From Candidatus Eiseniibacteriota bacterium (GTDB taxonomy: Bacteria > Eisenbacteria > RBG-16-71-46 > SZUA-252): a stretch of DNA of 64,000 nt. The translations under genes were made by a program, and so were the position numbers. The notes under the pieces were generated by a model. That model was not told the DNA's origin. It ran no database searches and saw nothing but the letters and a program-made list of their open reading frames with translations. The stretch is from positions 256,001-320,000 of the forward strand of contig OY969801.1 of NCBI GenBank assembly GCA_963703225.1, in the 5' to 3' direction. Position 1 is the stretch's first letter, and each line of letters starts with the position of its first letter. Of this stretch, positions 47,461 to 58,559 are shown in pieces.

Positions 47461-48315
47461 CTATTCCGCGTAGTCGTAGACGCCCCGGCCCACTTTGCGG
47501 CCCAGGCGGCCCGCCTTGACGTACTGCACCAGGAGCGGGGCAGGGCGGTACTTGTCGCCCAACGTGCGGTGCAAGTATTCCAAGATGCTGAGCCGCGTGT
47601 CCAGCCCGACGAGGTCGACCATTTCAAAGGGGCCCATCGGGTGGTTCAGGCCCAGCTTCAACGCCTTGTCGATGTCCCGCGCCGACGCCACCCCCGCCTC
47701 GAGCATCGAGAAGGCTTCGTTCCCGATCAGCGCGTTGATGCGCGACGTCACGAATCCCGGAGACTCGCGGACCAAGACCGTCTCCTTGCCCATCGCCTTG
47801 GAGACCTCCTCCGCGACCTGGACCGTTTCGTCGGTCGTTTCCAATCCGCGGATCAGCTCGACCAGCCGCATGCGGTGGACGGGATTGAAGAAGTGCATGC
47901 CGATGAAGCGCGCGGGCCGGTCGCTGGTCGCGGCCAGCTCGGTGATGCCCAGGGACGAGGTATTCGTGGCGAGGATGGCGTTGCCATTCAGATGCGGCGC
48001 GACCTTGGCAAAAATCTCGGCCTTGAGCGCGACCGACTCCGGCACCGCTTCGATGAGCAGATCGGAGCCCTTGGCCCCCTCGAGCCCGTCGGCCCAAGTC
48101 AGGCGGGACTGGGCAGCCTTCGCCGCGGCGGCGTCGATCTCTCCCCTTTCCTGCGCCCGGGTCAAGATCTTCTCGACCTCGGCGCGGGCCGATTGCGTAG
48201 CCTTGGGGCTCGGCTCGACGACACGGGTGTCGTATCCGGCGCGCGCGGACGCGAGGGCGATGCCCCGGCCCATCACGCCCGCGCCGACCACCGTGATCGT
48301 CTTCACCGCCGCCAT
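47461..48315 (-). CDS. 3-hydroxyacyl-CoA dehydrogenase (PaaH/Hbd-like)
   Basis: [44 protein letters not shown]. Confidence 0.93.
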   Translation of the reverse strand: MAAVKTITVVGAGVMGRGIALASARAGYDTRVVEPSPKATQSARAEVEKILTRAQERGEIDAAAAKAAQSRLTWADGLEGAKGSDLLIEAVPESVALKAEIFAKVAPHLNGNAILATNTSSLGITELAATSDRPARFIGMHFFNPVHRMRLVELIRGLETTDETVQVAEEVSKAMGKETVLVRESPGFVTSRINALIGNEAFSMLEAGVASARDIDKALKLGLNHPMGPFEMVDLVGLDTRLSILEYLHRTLGDKYRPAPLLVQYVKAGRLGRKVGRGVYDYAE

Positions 48316-48347
48316 CTCGTCAGGGTAGCATGTCCGGCACCCGCCGG

Positions 48348-49262
48348 TCAGATCCCCGAATAGACCACGCCGAGGCGTGCCGTCGTGTGCTCCGTCTGGT
48401 CGCCGTAAAGGTCCTGGACTATCGGGACCTGAACCAGGAATTGCACGCTCGTGCTCATGCCCAGCGAGTAACGCACGCTGGGCGCCACGTAGAGGAGCGA
48501 ACCTCCCGAGTTCGGATCATCGCTTCCATCCTCCGTCTCGTCGCGGGTTGCCGAGCGGGCGTTGAGCTCCAGGGCTGCCTCCCAAGTCGGAGAGAGCGTC
48601 CGCGCGTAGCCCGCATTCAGCATCAGCGTGTTCCCATAGTGGTATCCGTAATCATTCGTGCCATTGACTCGATACAGGGCGCTCGCGCTCAAGGCCGAGC
48701 CGAGGCGCGCGGCATCGAACGACAAGCCGGCCATTCCCGCCCAGGCACCGGTCCCCGGTTGCAGGTGCGCCTCCAGCCGCTCCCCCGAATCATCCTTCTG
48801 ACTGATCGATCCGGTCGGTGCGGTGACGTCCGCGATCAGGGCGAGGGCCCGTGGTGGGGAGGACGTCTGGCCAAACCGCGCCACCTCCAATCGAGTTCGA
48901 AGAGATACGTCGCCAATTCCGTCGGAGCTCGTTGTCACCTCGCTCTCACCGACGACCGACTCCACGTTCGTCTTGAAGACGTAAGGGACTCGAGCTTGCA
49001 TCGCCAGCCGCGCGGATGGCCGGTAGAAGAAAAGGCCCGAAACGCGATGCTCCTTCTGCTCCTCCGAGCCGGGCTCTTCGGCGAGAGCATTTTCCTTGGA
49101 GAGGTAGCGGTCCTCGACACCAAAGCTGAATCGCCCATAGGCGGTCTCGAGCAGGTAGCCGGGCGGTGTGGGGCTCCCGCACTCGCACTGGCTGCAGGCC
49201 AGTGCGGCGTGACTCCAAAGAGTCAATACAAGGATTGTCAGGACAAGACGAAGCGTCTGCAC
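48348..49262 (-). CDS. Outer-membrane beta-barrel transporter with N-terminal CxxCxC motif
   Basis: Signal peptide, then ACSQCECG; GIGD, APTG, LQPGTG, NSGG motifs; amphipathic strands. Confidence 0.78.
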   Translation of the reverse strand: MQTLRLVLTILVLTLWSHAALACSQCECGSPTPPGYLLETAYGRFSFGVEDRYLSKENALAEEPGSEEQKEHRVSGLFFYRPSARLAMQARVPYVFKTNVESVVGESEVTTSSDGIGDVSLRTRLEVARFGQTSSPPRALALIADVTAPTGSISQKDDSGERLEAHLQPGTGAWAGMAGLSFDAARLGSALSASALYRVNGTNDYGYHYGNTLMLNAGYARTLSPTWEAALELNARSATRDETEDGSDDPNSGGSLLYVAPSVRYSLGMSTSVQFLVQVPIVQDLYGDQTEHTTARLGVVYSGI

Positions 49263-49356
49263 GATCGATCTCCCAGTTTGTCGCTGTCGGACAGGGGCCT
49301 CTCCTCACAAGCCATGCAAGGCCGAGGGAGGCGCGGAAACTACGAAGGGGAGACGA

Positions 49357-49746
49357 TCAGGCTCGCGGCGGCGGCGTATCGGGCTGGGAAGGTCTCTGAA
49401 ACCCAATGGGGAGCCATAGGGAGATGCAGCGTCCGCCACCGGAAAGATGCGGGATACTGTAAGCGGCCGTTGCGACGAAGCATTCGAGGCCGGCGGCTGA
49501 TGGCCCTGCGGCCGTCCCAGAGGAGCAGGCACAGGTGAGCCGGTATCCGCCGTCATCCGTCCGGCTTGCCGTGCAATCGGATACGGCCCTGTGCGAGCAA
49601 CAGTCAGCGGCCATCCGTTGGTGGCCCCGGGCACAGCAGACCATCGACGTCTGGCGGTGCCCGGCAGGAGCGACTAGCAGGCCGTCCGCCCCCGACCCCC
49701 AGACCAGCAGGAGGGCCATCAGGCCTTTCACGATGGAGCGCATCAC
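49357..49746 (-). CDS. Cys-rich exported leader peptide ending in PPPRA (putative arrest peptide)
   Basis: Signal-like N-terminus, CC...CC...C...CAC...C...C, C-terminal RPSQPDTPPPRA; upstream of the CxxCxC barrel. Confidence 0.68.
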   Translation of the reverse strand: MMRSIVKGLMALLLVWGSGADGLLVAPAGHRQTSMVCCARGHQRMAADCCSHRAVSDCTASRTDDGGYRLTCACSSGTAAGPSAAGLECFVATAAYSIPHLSGGGRCISLWLPIGFQRPSQPDTPPPRA

Positions 49747-49815
49747 GCAAGACAGTCTACTCCGCGCGGAGGGTGTCCGCGACCGGATATCGCGCTGCCC
49801 ATGCGATCCCCCTGC

Positions 49816-50367
49816 CTACACCCGCGGCAGCGTGACGCCCTTCTGCGCCTGGTATTTCCCCTTCTTGTCGCGGTACGAGATCGAGCAGTCCTCGTCGCTC
49901 TCGAAGAAGAGCACCTGCGCGATCCCCTCGTTGGCGTAGATCCGCGCGGGGAGCGGCGTCGTGTTGGAAATTTCCAGCGTCACGTAGCCCTCCCATTCGG
50001 GCTCGAGCGGCGTCACGTTGGTGATGATCCCGCAGCGCGCATACGTCGATTTCCCTACACAAATCGTCATCGTCCGTCGAGGAATCCGGAAATACTCGAC
50101 GCTCCGCCCCAGCGCGAACGAATTGGGCGGCACGATGCAGACGTCCCCTTTGAAATCGACCAGCGATTTGGGGTCGAAGTTCTTGGGATCGACGATGGTC
50201 GTGTTGATGTTGGTGAAGATCTTGAACTCGTCCGCGATTCTCAGGTCGTAACCGTACGACGAGACCCCGTACGAGATCGCGTTCTCGCGGACCTGCTTCT
50301 CCTCGAAGGGGTCGATCATCTTGTGCTCGTGGCACATCTTGCGGATCCAGATGTCGCTCTTGATCAT
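49816..50367 (-). CDS. dcd: dCTP deaminase
   Basis: [36 protein letters not shown]. Confidence 0.96.
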   Translation of the reverse strand: MIKSDIWIRKMCHEHKMIDPFEEKQVRENAISYGVSSYGYDLRIADEFKIFTNINTTIVDPKNFDPKSLVDFKGDVCIVPPNSFALGRSVEYFRIPRRTMTICVGKSTYARCGIITNVTPLEPEWEGYVTLEISNTTPLPARIYANEGIAQVLFFESDEDCSISYRDKKGKYQAQKGVTLPRV

Positions 50368-50450
50368 GGGCTCCTCGGGGTCCAACGCGGGCCGATTCGG
50401 ATGCGGGATTCTGCCACGCCCCGGCCCAAGGGTCCAGGGGCGGCTGCCCC

Positions 50451-50459
50451 TGCTATAAT
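50451..50459 (+). promoter_or_regulatory. Extended -10 element (TGcTATAAT) 8 nt before the miaB ATG; probable leaderless promoter
   Basis: Perfect TGnTATAAT with no SD between it and ATG 50468. Confidence 0.65.
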
Positions 50460-50467
50460 CGGTCCCC

Positions 50468-51795
<1,328 letters not shown>

Positions 51796-51799
<4 letters not shown>

Positions 51800-54700
51800 A
51801 CATTCGGCGCCGCCTCATCGCGCTCCTTTCTCCCGCGCTCGTTTTCGTCGCCTTCGCGACTCCCGCCCGGGCGATCACGGCCCCCGGGCTTCGTTATGGG
51901 ATCGACGTCCGCCTCGACACCGAGAGCCATCGGCTGGAAGGTTGGGCGGACATCCGCTACCGAAGCGGCGCCGACAGCGCGCTCCCCGCGATCTATCTCC
52001 ACGCCTACCCCAACGCGTTCTCGGGTCCCCACACGATCTTCGCGCGCGACGAGGCTCGGCAGGCGGAGGACTACACCCTCCGGTTCACCAAACCGGAGGA
52101 TCGGGGCTGGATGACCATCGACTCGGTCTCCGCCGACGGCGCCGCCGCCGCGATCTCGGTCGACGAGACGGTGGCCCGCGTCGATCTCCCCCGGGCGCTC
52201 GCCCCGGGAGACTCGGTCGCGCTGCGCCTCCACTTCATCGTGCAGATCCCCAAGCAGTACGACCGCCTCGGCTGGCGGGGGGGCAACTACTCCATTTCGC
52301 AGTGGTTTCCCAAGGTGGCGGTCTACGACGAGGCGGGCTGGCATCCCGACCCGTTCCACTACGCAGCCGAGTTCTATGGCGACTTCGGCACCTTCGACGT
52401 CGCGATCACCCTCCCGGATCGATTCTGGGTCGGCGCCACCGGGGTACTCGAGGGCTTCGAGGGCGGCGACAACGTGATCCCCCTCTCCTCGGTGGGCGCC
52501 CCGCGGGACAGCGTCACGGTTTCGCTGACCGTGACGCCTGCCGACTCTCTCGCCAAGCGCTGGCCCAGAATTTCCCTGATCGCGGAGACCGACCTGCGGA
52601 AATCGGCAGGCTCAGCGCCGATGGCGCTGACCGTGCCGTGGGACGGGCCCGTCTCCTTCCGCGTCCCGCGCGGCGTGCCGGTCCACTATTCCTTCCTCTG
52701 GGATGATGGGGACGGAAACGTCCGGCAGGAAGCCGACCGCGACGGACGGCCCGGCCCGCTTCGTCTCCTCGTCGCGACCCGCGACACTCTGGTTGAGGAC
52801 ACGCTGCGCGCCCTGGCCCCGGTGCCGGGCGAGGGCGACGGCGCGGCCGCCCTCTCCGAGAAGAAGCTCCATTTCCACGCCGATCGCGTCCACGACTTCG
52901 CCTGGGTCGCCTCTCCCGACTACGTTCGCAGCGACACGACCTGGTCCGGAGTCGCCGTGCGAGCGCTCGTCTACCGCGAGGACGAAGAGCGCTGGCACGA
53001 TCTCAAGGCGTTCACCTTCGACGCGCTGCGGCACCATGCAGCGCTCGTCGGGCCCTACGTCTGGCCGCAGTTCACCTCCGCGGAGGCATGGTGCGGCGGG
53101 AGCGCCATGGAATACCCAATGCTGGTGATGAACGAACCGGGGATGTACTCCCCGTGGGGCCATCAGCTGGACGGAACCATCGCCCACGAGGTTGGGCACA
53201 ATTGGTTTTACGGCATGATCGCCAATGACGAGCGCGCCGACGCGTGGCTGGATGAGGGATTCACCGAATATCTCGAGAATGAATACATGGACGCCAAGTA
53301 TCCCCAGGGCTTGTTCCGATACTCGGCTCGCTTCCCATGGCTCGGGAAGCCCACCGCCATGGGCGCCGACGAGCAATATTATCTCGCCGCGGCGTGGGCG
53401 CGGGATGAGCAACCGGTGTCGACCGCGGCCAATGAGCAGCCAGGCGTTAACTCCTACAACGTGTCCGCGTACAGCAAAGCGTACTGCATGCTCCGGACGC
53501 TGCGCGGCGTGGTCGGCGATTCGCTCTTCACGGCCTTCCTCCAGGAGTACTACCGCCGGAATCTGTTCCTGCATCCTCGCCCGCGCGATGTCCTTCGCAC
53601 CGCCGAGGAGGTTACGGGACGAGATCTGGATTCCTTCTTTCACTCCTGGGTCGCGACCGTAGACCGCCCCAGCATCGCGCTGGGGAAGATCCGGAGGGAG
53701 CGCCAAGGGGACGGCTATCGCACCTCGGTCACCGTGCGCCGCAAGGATGCGATGGTGCTTCCGGTCACCGTGGAGGCGCGATTCGCCGATGGGTCGCGCC
53801 AGGAGCGGCAGATCCTCGCCCAAGAGCGAGAGACCGCGGCGATCTTTGAAAGTTCGTCACCGCTCCGGAGCGCGGTCTTGGATCCCCGGCACGAGCTGAT
53901 CGAAATGGATCGGCTCGACAATCGCGCCGGTCTCCTTCCGCCCATGAATTTTCACTTCCTCGCGGGCTTTCCATCGACCGAGGCGATCGGGGTCGCCTAC
54001 GGCCCCACCATCTGGCATGGGGATGCCGAGGGGATGCGCTTGGGCGCCTGGGTCGACGGCCGCTACCTGCCGTCGGAGGATTTTCCGTTCGGAATCCGTG
54101 GCTTCGAAGGAGGGTTCTCCTATGGCACCCGGGACGCGTCGGTCGCGTACCGGGCCGGAGCGTGGAGGCGTTGGGGCGTCCTGGGAGCCCGTAGCCGCGT
54201 TCGTGCGCTCACCGTGCGGGACGCAGGGCTCTTTCGCGCCGCGCTATCCGCCGAAAACATCGCGATGCGGCCGTCGCGGCTCCACCCGTATCGGTCCTGG
54301 GCGCTCTCGCTGGAGTACCGGGATCGGTACGAAAGCACGCCCGTCGATCCCGCCTACTGGTCGGACGGACGCACTCTGAACGCCGGCCTCAGCCTGGGAC
54401 TGGAGACGATTGGCCCGCGCCATCTCGAGAAGCTCCAGATCACCTACCGGCACGGGGCCTCCGCCTTCCGCGAGAAGGGCGATTCCGCGCCCGACGCGAA
54501 CTACGACTGGGTCCAGGCGACCGTCCGCCAGGCCCTGGAGCCACTCCCCGGGGGCTGCAGGTTTTCCTGGCGGATCGCCGCCGGGAGCGCGTTTCGGCGG
54601 GTTCCGCGCGAGCAGCTGTTCGACGCCGCCGAGATGAGCCGGCTCGACGCGCTTCCCCTCTTCTATGCGAACGATCGGGGTCCGCTCCGCGAGACCGACC

Positions 54701-55041
54701 ATTTCCACGTCCCGGGCGGCGGTGGTCTGCGTGGATATTCGGGCAGGGCCGTCGTGGGGCAGAGCCTCGTGGCCGCCAATCTCGAGGTCGCGAATGAAGG
54801 CTTCCCGATCTTTCTCTTCGCAGACGCCGGCAGCGTCGAGGCCTCCGGTTGGGGCGAGGCCGCGGGCGGGCCGCTCCACCCGCTCGTGGGACAGACCCTG
54901 GCGGATGCCGGGGCGGGCGTGCGGCTCGGGTTGATCCGGGTGGATTTTCCACTCTGGCTGGGGAGCCCCGACCCCGGCGAACACCCATGGGATTTTCGCT
55001 GGGTCTTTTCCATCGGCGTCGTCAACCTCCCCAGCCTCTAG
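51796..55041 (+). CDS. M1-family zinc aminopeptidase with signal peptide and C-terminal beta-barrel-like region; probable CTG start
   Basis: The frame is open upstream of ATG 52111 back to TGA 51781 and encodes LNIRRRLIALLSPALVFVAFATPARA...IYLHAYPNAF. Also SQWFPK, GSAMEYP, HEVGHNWF-x-WLDEG, YSKA. Confidence 0.85.
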
Positions 55042-55089
55042 CCCATCCAATCGGGAGCCGGAGTTACGCGTCGCGGGGGCGCCTCCGAC

Positions 55090-55118
55090 TTGACACCGTC
55101 CGGAGCCGGGCGGAGAAT
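55090..55118 (+). promoter_or_regulatory. Sigma70-like promoter for the selenoprotein/M16 operon
   Basis: TTGACA-17 nt-GAGAAT. Confidence 0.55.
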
Positions 55119-55161
55119 CGCGCTGTCCTCATTGGTGATCCCCCCACCTGGAGGTGCCCCC

Positions 55162-55383
55162 ATGAAAGTCGAGATCCACTACTGCACGGTCTGAAACTAC
55201 AAACCTAGAGCCGCCAGTTTGGCGGCCGAGCTGAAGGAACAACTGAAGACCGATTCGCAGCTGATCGCGGGAGGCGGAGGAATCTTCGACGTCTTCGTGG
55301 ACGGGAAGATTGTTTTTTCCAAGAAATTGGTCGGGCGCTTTCCCGAGCCGGGGGAAGTCGCCGCACTGCTGAAGAAGACCTGA
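55162..55383 (+). CDS. Rdx-family (SelW/SelT/SelH-like) selenoprotein, UGA-Sec at 55192-55194; not in the ORF track
   Basis: SD GGAGG; MKVEIHYCTV-U-NYKPRAASLAAELKEQLKTDSQLIAGGGGIFDVFVDGKIVFSKKLVGRFPEPGEVAALLKKT*; CxxU plus GxFDV..FSK..RFP motifs. Confidence 0.92.
55195..55226 (+). promoter_or_regulatory. Bacterial SECIS element
   Basis: Hairpin GCCGCCA-GTT-TGGCGGC (55210-55226) with a G-led apical loop starting 22 nt after the in-frame UGA. Confidence 0.8.
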
Positions 55384-55393
55384 CGGAGGATCC

Positions 55394-58105
55394 ATGCGCG
55401 TATCGCCCCAATGGCACACATTCTGTTCTGCTCTAACCGCGACGCTCGTCGCGCTCCTTCTCCCCATTCACGCCGCGGGCGCCCCCACGGCTACCGTCCC
55501 TGCGGTCGAGGCCGCGCGCGCGGCCGTCCATCAGGAGACCCTTCCCAACGGGCTTCGCATCGTCCTCGTCGAGGATCATTCGAAGCCGCTCGTCGGGGTC
55601 TGCATCTTCGTGAATGGCGGGAGCCGGACCGAGCCGCCGAGCCTTTCCGGGCTCAGCCACTACTACGAGCACCTCATCTTCCGCGGCGGATCCACCAAGC
55701 AAACGGAGCTTCAGTTCCGACGCGAGATGCAGCGGATTGGGGAGGAGACGGGCGGATACACCACGAACGACTACACCTGCTACGGATTCACCGCGCCCAC
55801 CCAGAATCTGGACGAGGCGCTCTGGCGCTCGGTCGATGCCTGGATGAACCTGAAGCTGACCGAGGCGAAGGTGGCCAAGGAGCGCCAGGTGGTGATGGAG
55901 GAGTACAACCAGGGAGAGGACCGGCCCGACTACAAGGTCTACTACCAGATCGAACGGTTGATGTTCCACGACCACCCGTACAAGCGCGACACGATTGGCC
56001 TCAAGGACGTGATCGAGCACGCCTCGCTGCAAACCTTCAAGACCTTCTACGACGAACGCTACGTCCCCAACCAGATGATCCTGACCGCGGTGGGCGACTT
56101 CGATACCAAGGCGATGAGCGAGACCCTGCGCAAGTCTTTCGCTCCCTACAAGCGCGGACAGGACGATTTCGAGCAGGGGCTCACCGAAGCCCCGCAGACC
56201 GAGTTCCGGATGGGCCTCAAGGCGATGAAGACGCCCAATACCTGGACCCACATCGGCTTTCACATGCCGCCCAACTCGGATCCGGACGCGCCCGCGCTCA
56301 CGGTTCTGGCGTCGCTCCTCGGCAAGGGCACTTCCTCGCGCCTCTACCGCGCGCTCAAGGAGAAGGAGAACCTGGTCACCACCGTCGACGCCGATTTCGA
56401 GGTGCGAAAGGATCCCGGGATCTTCCTGCTCAGCGCCCAGATGCCTCCCGAGAACGAAGCAAGGGTGTTCGGGATCATGCGGGATGAGCTGCGCCGCCTC
56501 GCGACCGAGCCGGTCCCGGCGGCCGAGCTGGAGCGGGTGCGCGCGTCACTCCTCTACAAGTACGCGTTCGACGCGCAGACGCTCTTTGCCCGCGCCGAGC
56601 GGATCTGTCTCTTTGGAATCATGTCGGACGTCTCGGTGGAGGCGCTCTGGCCCGGACTCTTGGAGAGCGTCACCGCGGCCGACCTCCAGCGCGTGGCGGG
56701 CCGCTACCTGGCCGCCGACCTCGCTTCCTACTCGGTCGTTCGCCCGGAGGGGAAGACCGGCCCGTCGCAGCAGGAGATCGAAGCGATGCTCGCGCCGTGG
56801 CGCGCCGGCTGGCCGACGCTCGCGTCATCGGCCGCGGGCGGCACGGGAAAGGTTCGGCGCGAGGTTCTCTCGAACGGAGTCACCCTCCTGCTCAAGGAGG
56901 ATCACGCCACGCCCGTCGTCGCGGTCTCGACCATGGCGCGCGGGGGACAGTGGATCGAGCCGGAGGGGCTCGCGGGCGTCTCCAATATGGCCGTCGTGCT
57001 GCTGCGTCGAGGCGCGGGATCGATGTCGGCCCGCGATATCTCCGATCGGGCCGAGGCGCTGGGGATGAAGCTCGGTACCAACGGCGCGTCCGACTACGCG
57101 TCGATCTCGTGGCAGTCTCCCGCTCCGAATTTCGAGAAAGCGTGGGACATCTACCGCGAGGTCCTGCTCCGGCCGACCTTCCCGGCATCCGAGGTGGCCA
57201 AGGTCCGGGAGGACCTGATCCGCGACGCCAAGAGCATCGGCGATCGTCCCTTCGACTACACCAACCTCCAGTTCGCGCAAACGCTCTACAAGAACTCGCC
57301 CTATCGCCGCCCGCTGATCGGAGATGAGAATTCGCTCGCCAAGATCCAGACGGCGGATCTCCGCAAGGCCTACGAGACCATGATCTGCGGCTCCAACCTC
57401 ACCGTCGCGATCGTCGGCGACTTCAACGCGGATCGAGCGTTGGATCTGGCCAAGCGCTCGCTGGAGACGCTCCGCCGCGGCGCGCCCGTCGCGGTGGGCG
57501 GCGTGAGCGACGAGCCGGCCCACGAGAAGCGGCCGATCATGGTCGCCAAAGAGCAGGAGCAGATCACCTACAACACCGGCTGGCTCGCCTGCTCCGTGCG
57601 CGATCCCGACTACGTGCCGCTCCGCGTGGCGATCGCGATCGTGGGGGATAAGCTATTCTTCAAGTATGTCTACGAGAAGGGCGTCGCCTATCGCTCCTGG
57701 TTCTACATGAACGATCGGATGGGCCAGGCCTCGGCGCAGAACGAGATGGGCGTGACGCCGGCGAATTTCTCGATGGCGTCCACGGGCGTGCTCGAGGACA
57801 TCGCCACGACGTTCCGGACCACGCTTCCGGCGAGCGAGGTCAAGGGGTCGGTGGACAAAGTTCTCTCTCGCTGGTATCTCGGCGCGCAGCGCTCCGACCA
57901 AGTGGCCGGCCGGCTCTGCTTCTTCGAGACCGCGGGCTTGGGATACGACTTCGCCGATCGCTACCCGGATCTCGTCCAGAAGGTGGGGCCCGACCAGGTT
58001 TCGGCGGTGGCGAAGAAGTATTTCAATCCCGACGCCTGGACGCGGGTCGCGGTGGGGCAGGAGCCGGCCAAGGCGGCCGGCTCGTCATCAGCGCCGGGGC
58101 ACTAG
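55394..58105 (+). CDS. M16 (pitrilysin-family) zinc peptidase, two fused halves, exported
   Basis: Signal peptide, LPNGL, GLSHYYEHL (HxxEH), ERQVVMEE, YVPNQM; the second half (LSNGV) lacks HxxEH. Confidence 0.92.
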   Translation: MRVSPQWHTFCSALTATLVALLLPIHAAGAPTATVPAVEAARAAVHQETLPNGLRIVLVEDHSKPLVGVCIFVNGGSRTEPPSLSGLSHYYEHLIFRGGSTKQTELQFRREMQRIGEETGGYTTNDYTCYGFTAPTQNLDEALWRSVDAWMNLKLTEAKVAKERQVVMEEYNQGEDRPDYKVYYQIERLMFHDHPYKRDTIGLKDVIEHASLQTFKTFYDERYVPNQMILTAVGDFDTKAMSETLRKSFAPYKRGQDDFEQGLTEAPQTEFRMGLKAMKTPNTWTHIGFHMPPNSDPDAPALTVLASLLGKGTSSRLYRALKEKENLVTTVDADFEVRKDPGIFLLSAQMPPENEARVFGIMRDELRRLATEPVPAAELERVRASLLYKYAFDAQTLFARAERICLFGIMSDVSVEALWPGLLESVTAADLQRVAGRYLAADLASYSVVRPEGKTGPSQQEIEAMLAPWRAGWPTLASSAAGGTGKVRREVLSNGVTLLLKEDHATPVVAVSTMARGGQWIEPEGLAGVSNMAVVLLRRGAGSMSARDISDRAEALGMKLGTNGASDYASISWQSPAPNFEKAWDIYREVLLRPTFPASEVAKVREDLIRDAKSIGDRPFDYTNLQFAQTLYKNSPYRRPLIGDENSLAKIQTADLRKAYETMICGSNLTVAIVGDFNADRALDLAKRSLETLRRGAPVAVGGVSDEPAHEKRPIMVAKEQEQITYNTGWLACSVRDPDYVPLRVAIAIVGDKLFFKYVYEKGVAYRSWFYMNDRMGQASAQNEMGVTPANFSMASTGVLEDIATTFRTTLPASEVKGSVDKVLSRWYLGAQRSDQVAGRLCFFETAGLGYDFADRYPDLVQKVGPDQVSAVAKKYFNPDAWTRVAVGQEPAKAAGSSSAPGH

Positions 58106-58434
58106 GCCTTCGGCTTCACGGCAGCGGTCGCGAGGCCGCACCCGATCCCGACGGCCGCGCCCAGAGGGAGCGTCATCGTCCAGTCGCGGCCGGGAATTCC
58201 CGCGAGGGCGCCGAGTAGAAGGCCGATCAACCCGCTGAACAGGGCACCGCGCCAGAGCGGCGTGTTTCCGGGAGTCACGTAAGCCGCGAGGACGCCGTTC
58301 ACGATCCCCTGGGACGCGCGTCCCAAAATCGTGGTGAATATGACCATGGTCTTCGGCTCTCCCCACGCGCTCACCACCCCGTGGAGAGCCCCGAGGACGA
58401 TTCCGATCAGTACGCCCGCCGTCACCTTGGTCAT
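58102..58434 (-). CDS. Small hypothetical membrane protein
   Basis: About four Gly-rich hydrophobic segments from MTKVTAGVLIG. Confidence 0.7.
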   Translation of the reverse strand: MTKVTAGVLIGIVLGALHGVVSAWGEPKTMVIFTTILGRASQGIVNGVLAAYVTPGNTPLWRGALFSGLIGLLLGALAGIPGRDWTMTLPLGAAVGIGCGLATAAVKPKA

Positions 58435-58559
58435 CTGGCGGCAGGATACCGACCTCGGGCCGGTCGGGGAAGCCCGAAATACCTGTCCAGCACGCCCACC
58501 GCCAAGCCGATAACTCCCTCGAATACGTGCCGCTACGGGCAATCGGGGGACGCAGTTCG

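Noticed and set aside
43504..48315. Calling the acyl-CoA genes a phenylacetate (paa) or benzoate pathway
   Set aside because: PaaG- and PaaH-like enzymes are present, but there is no ring epoxidase, ligase or thiolase in the window, so the substrate cannot be assigned.
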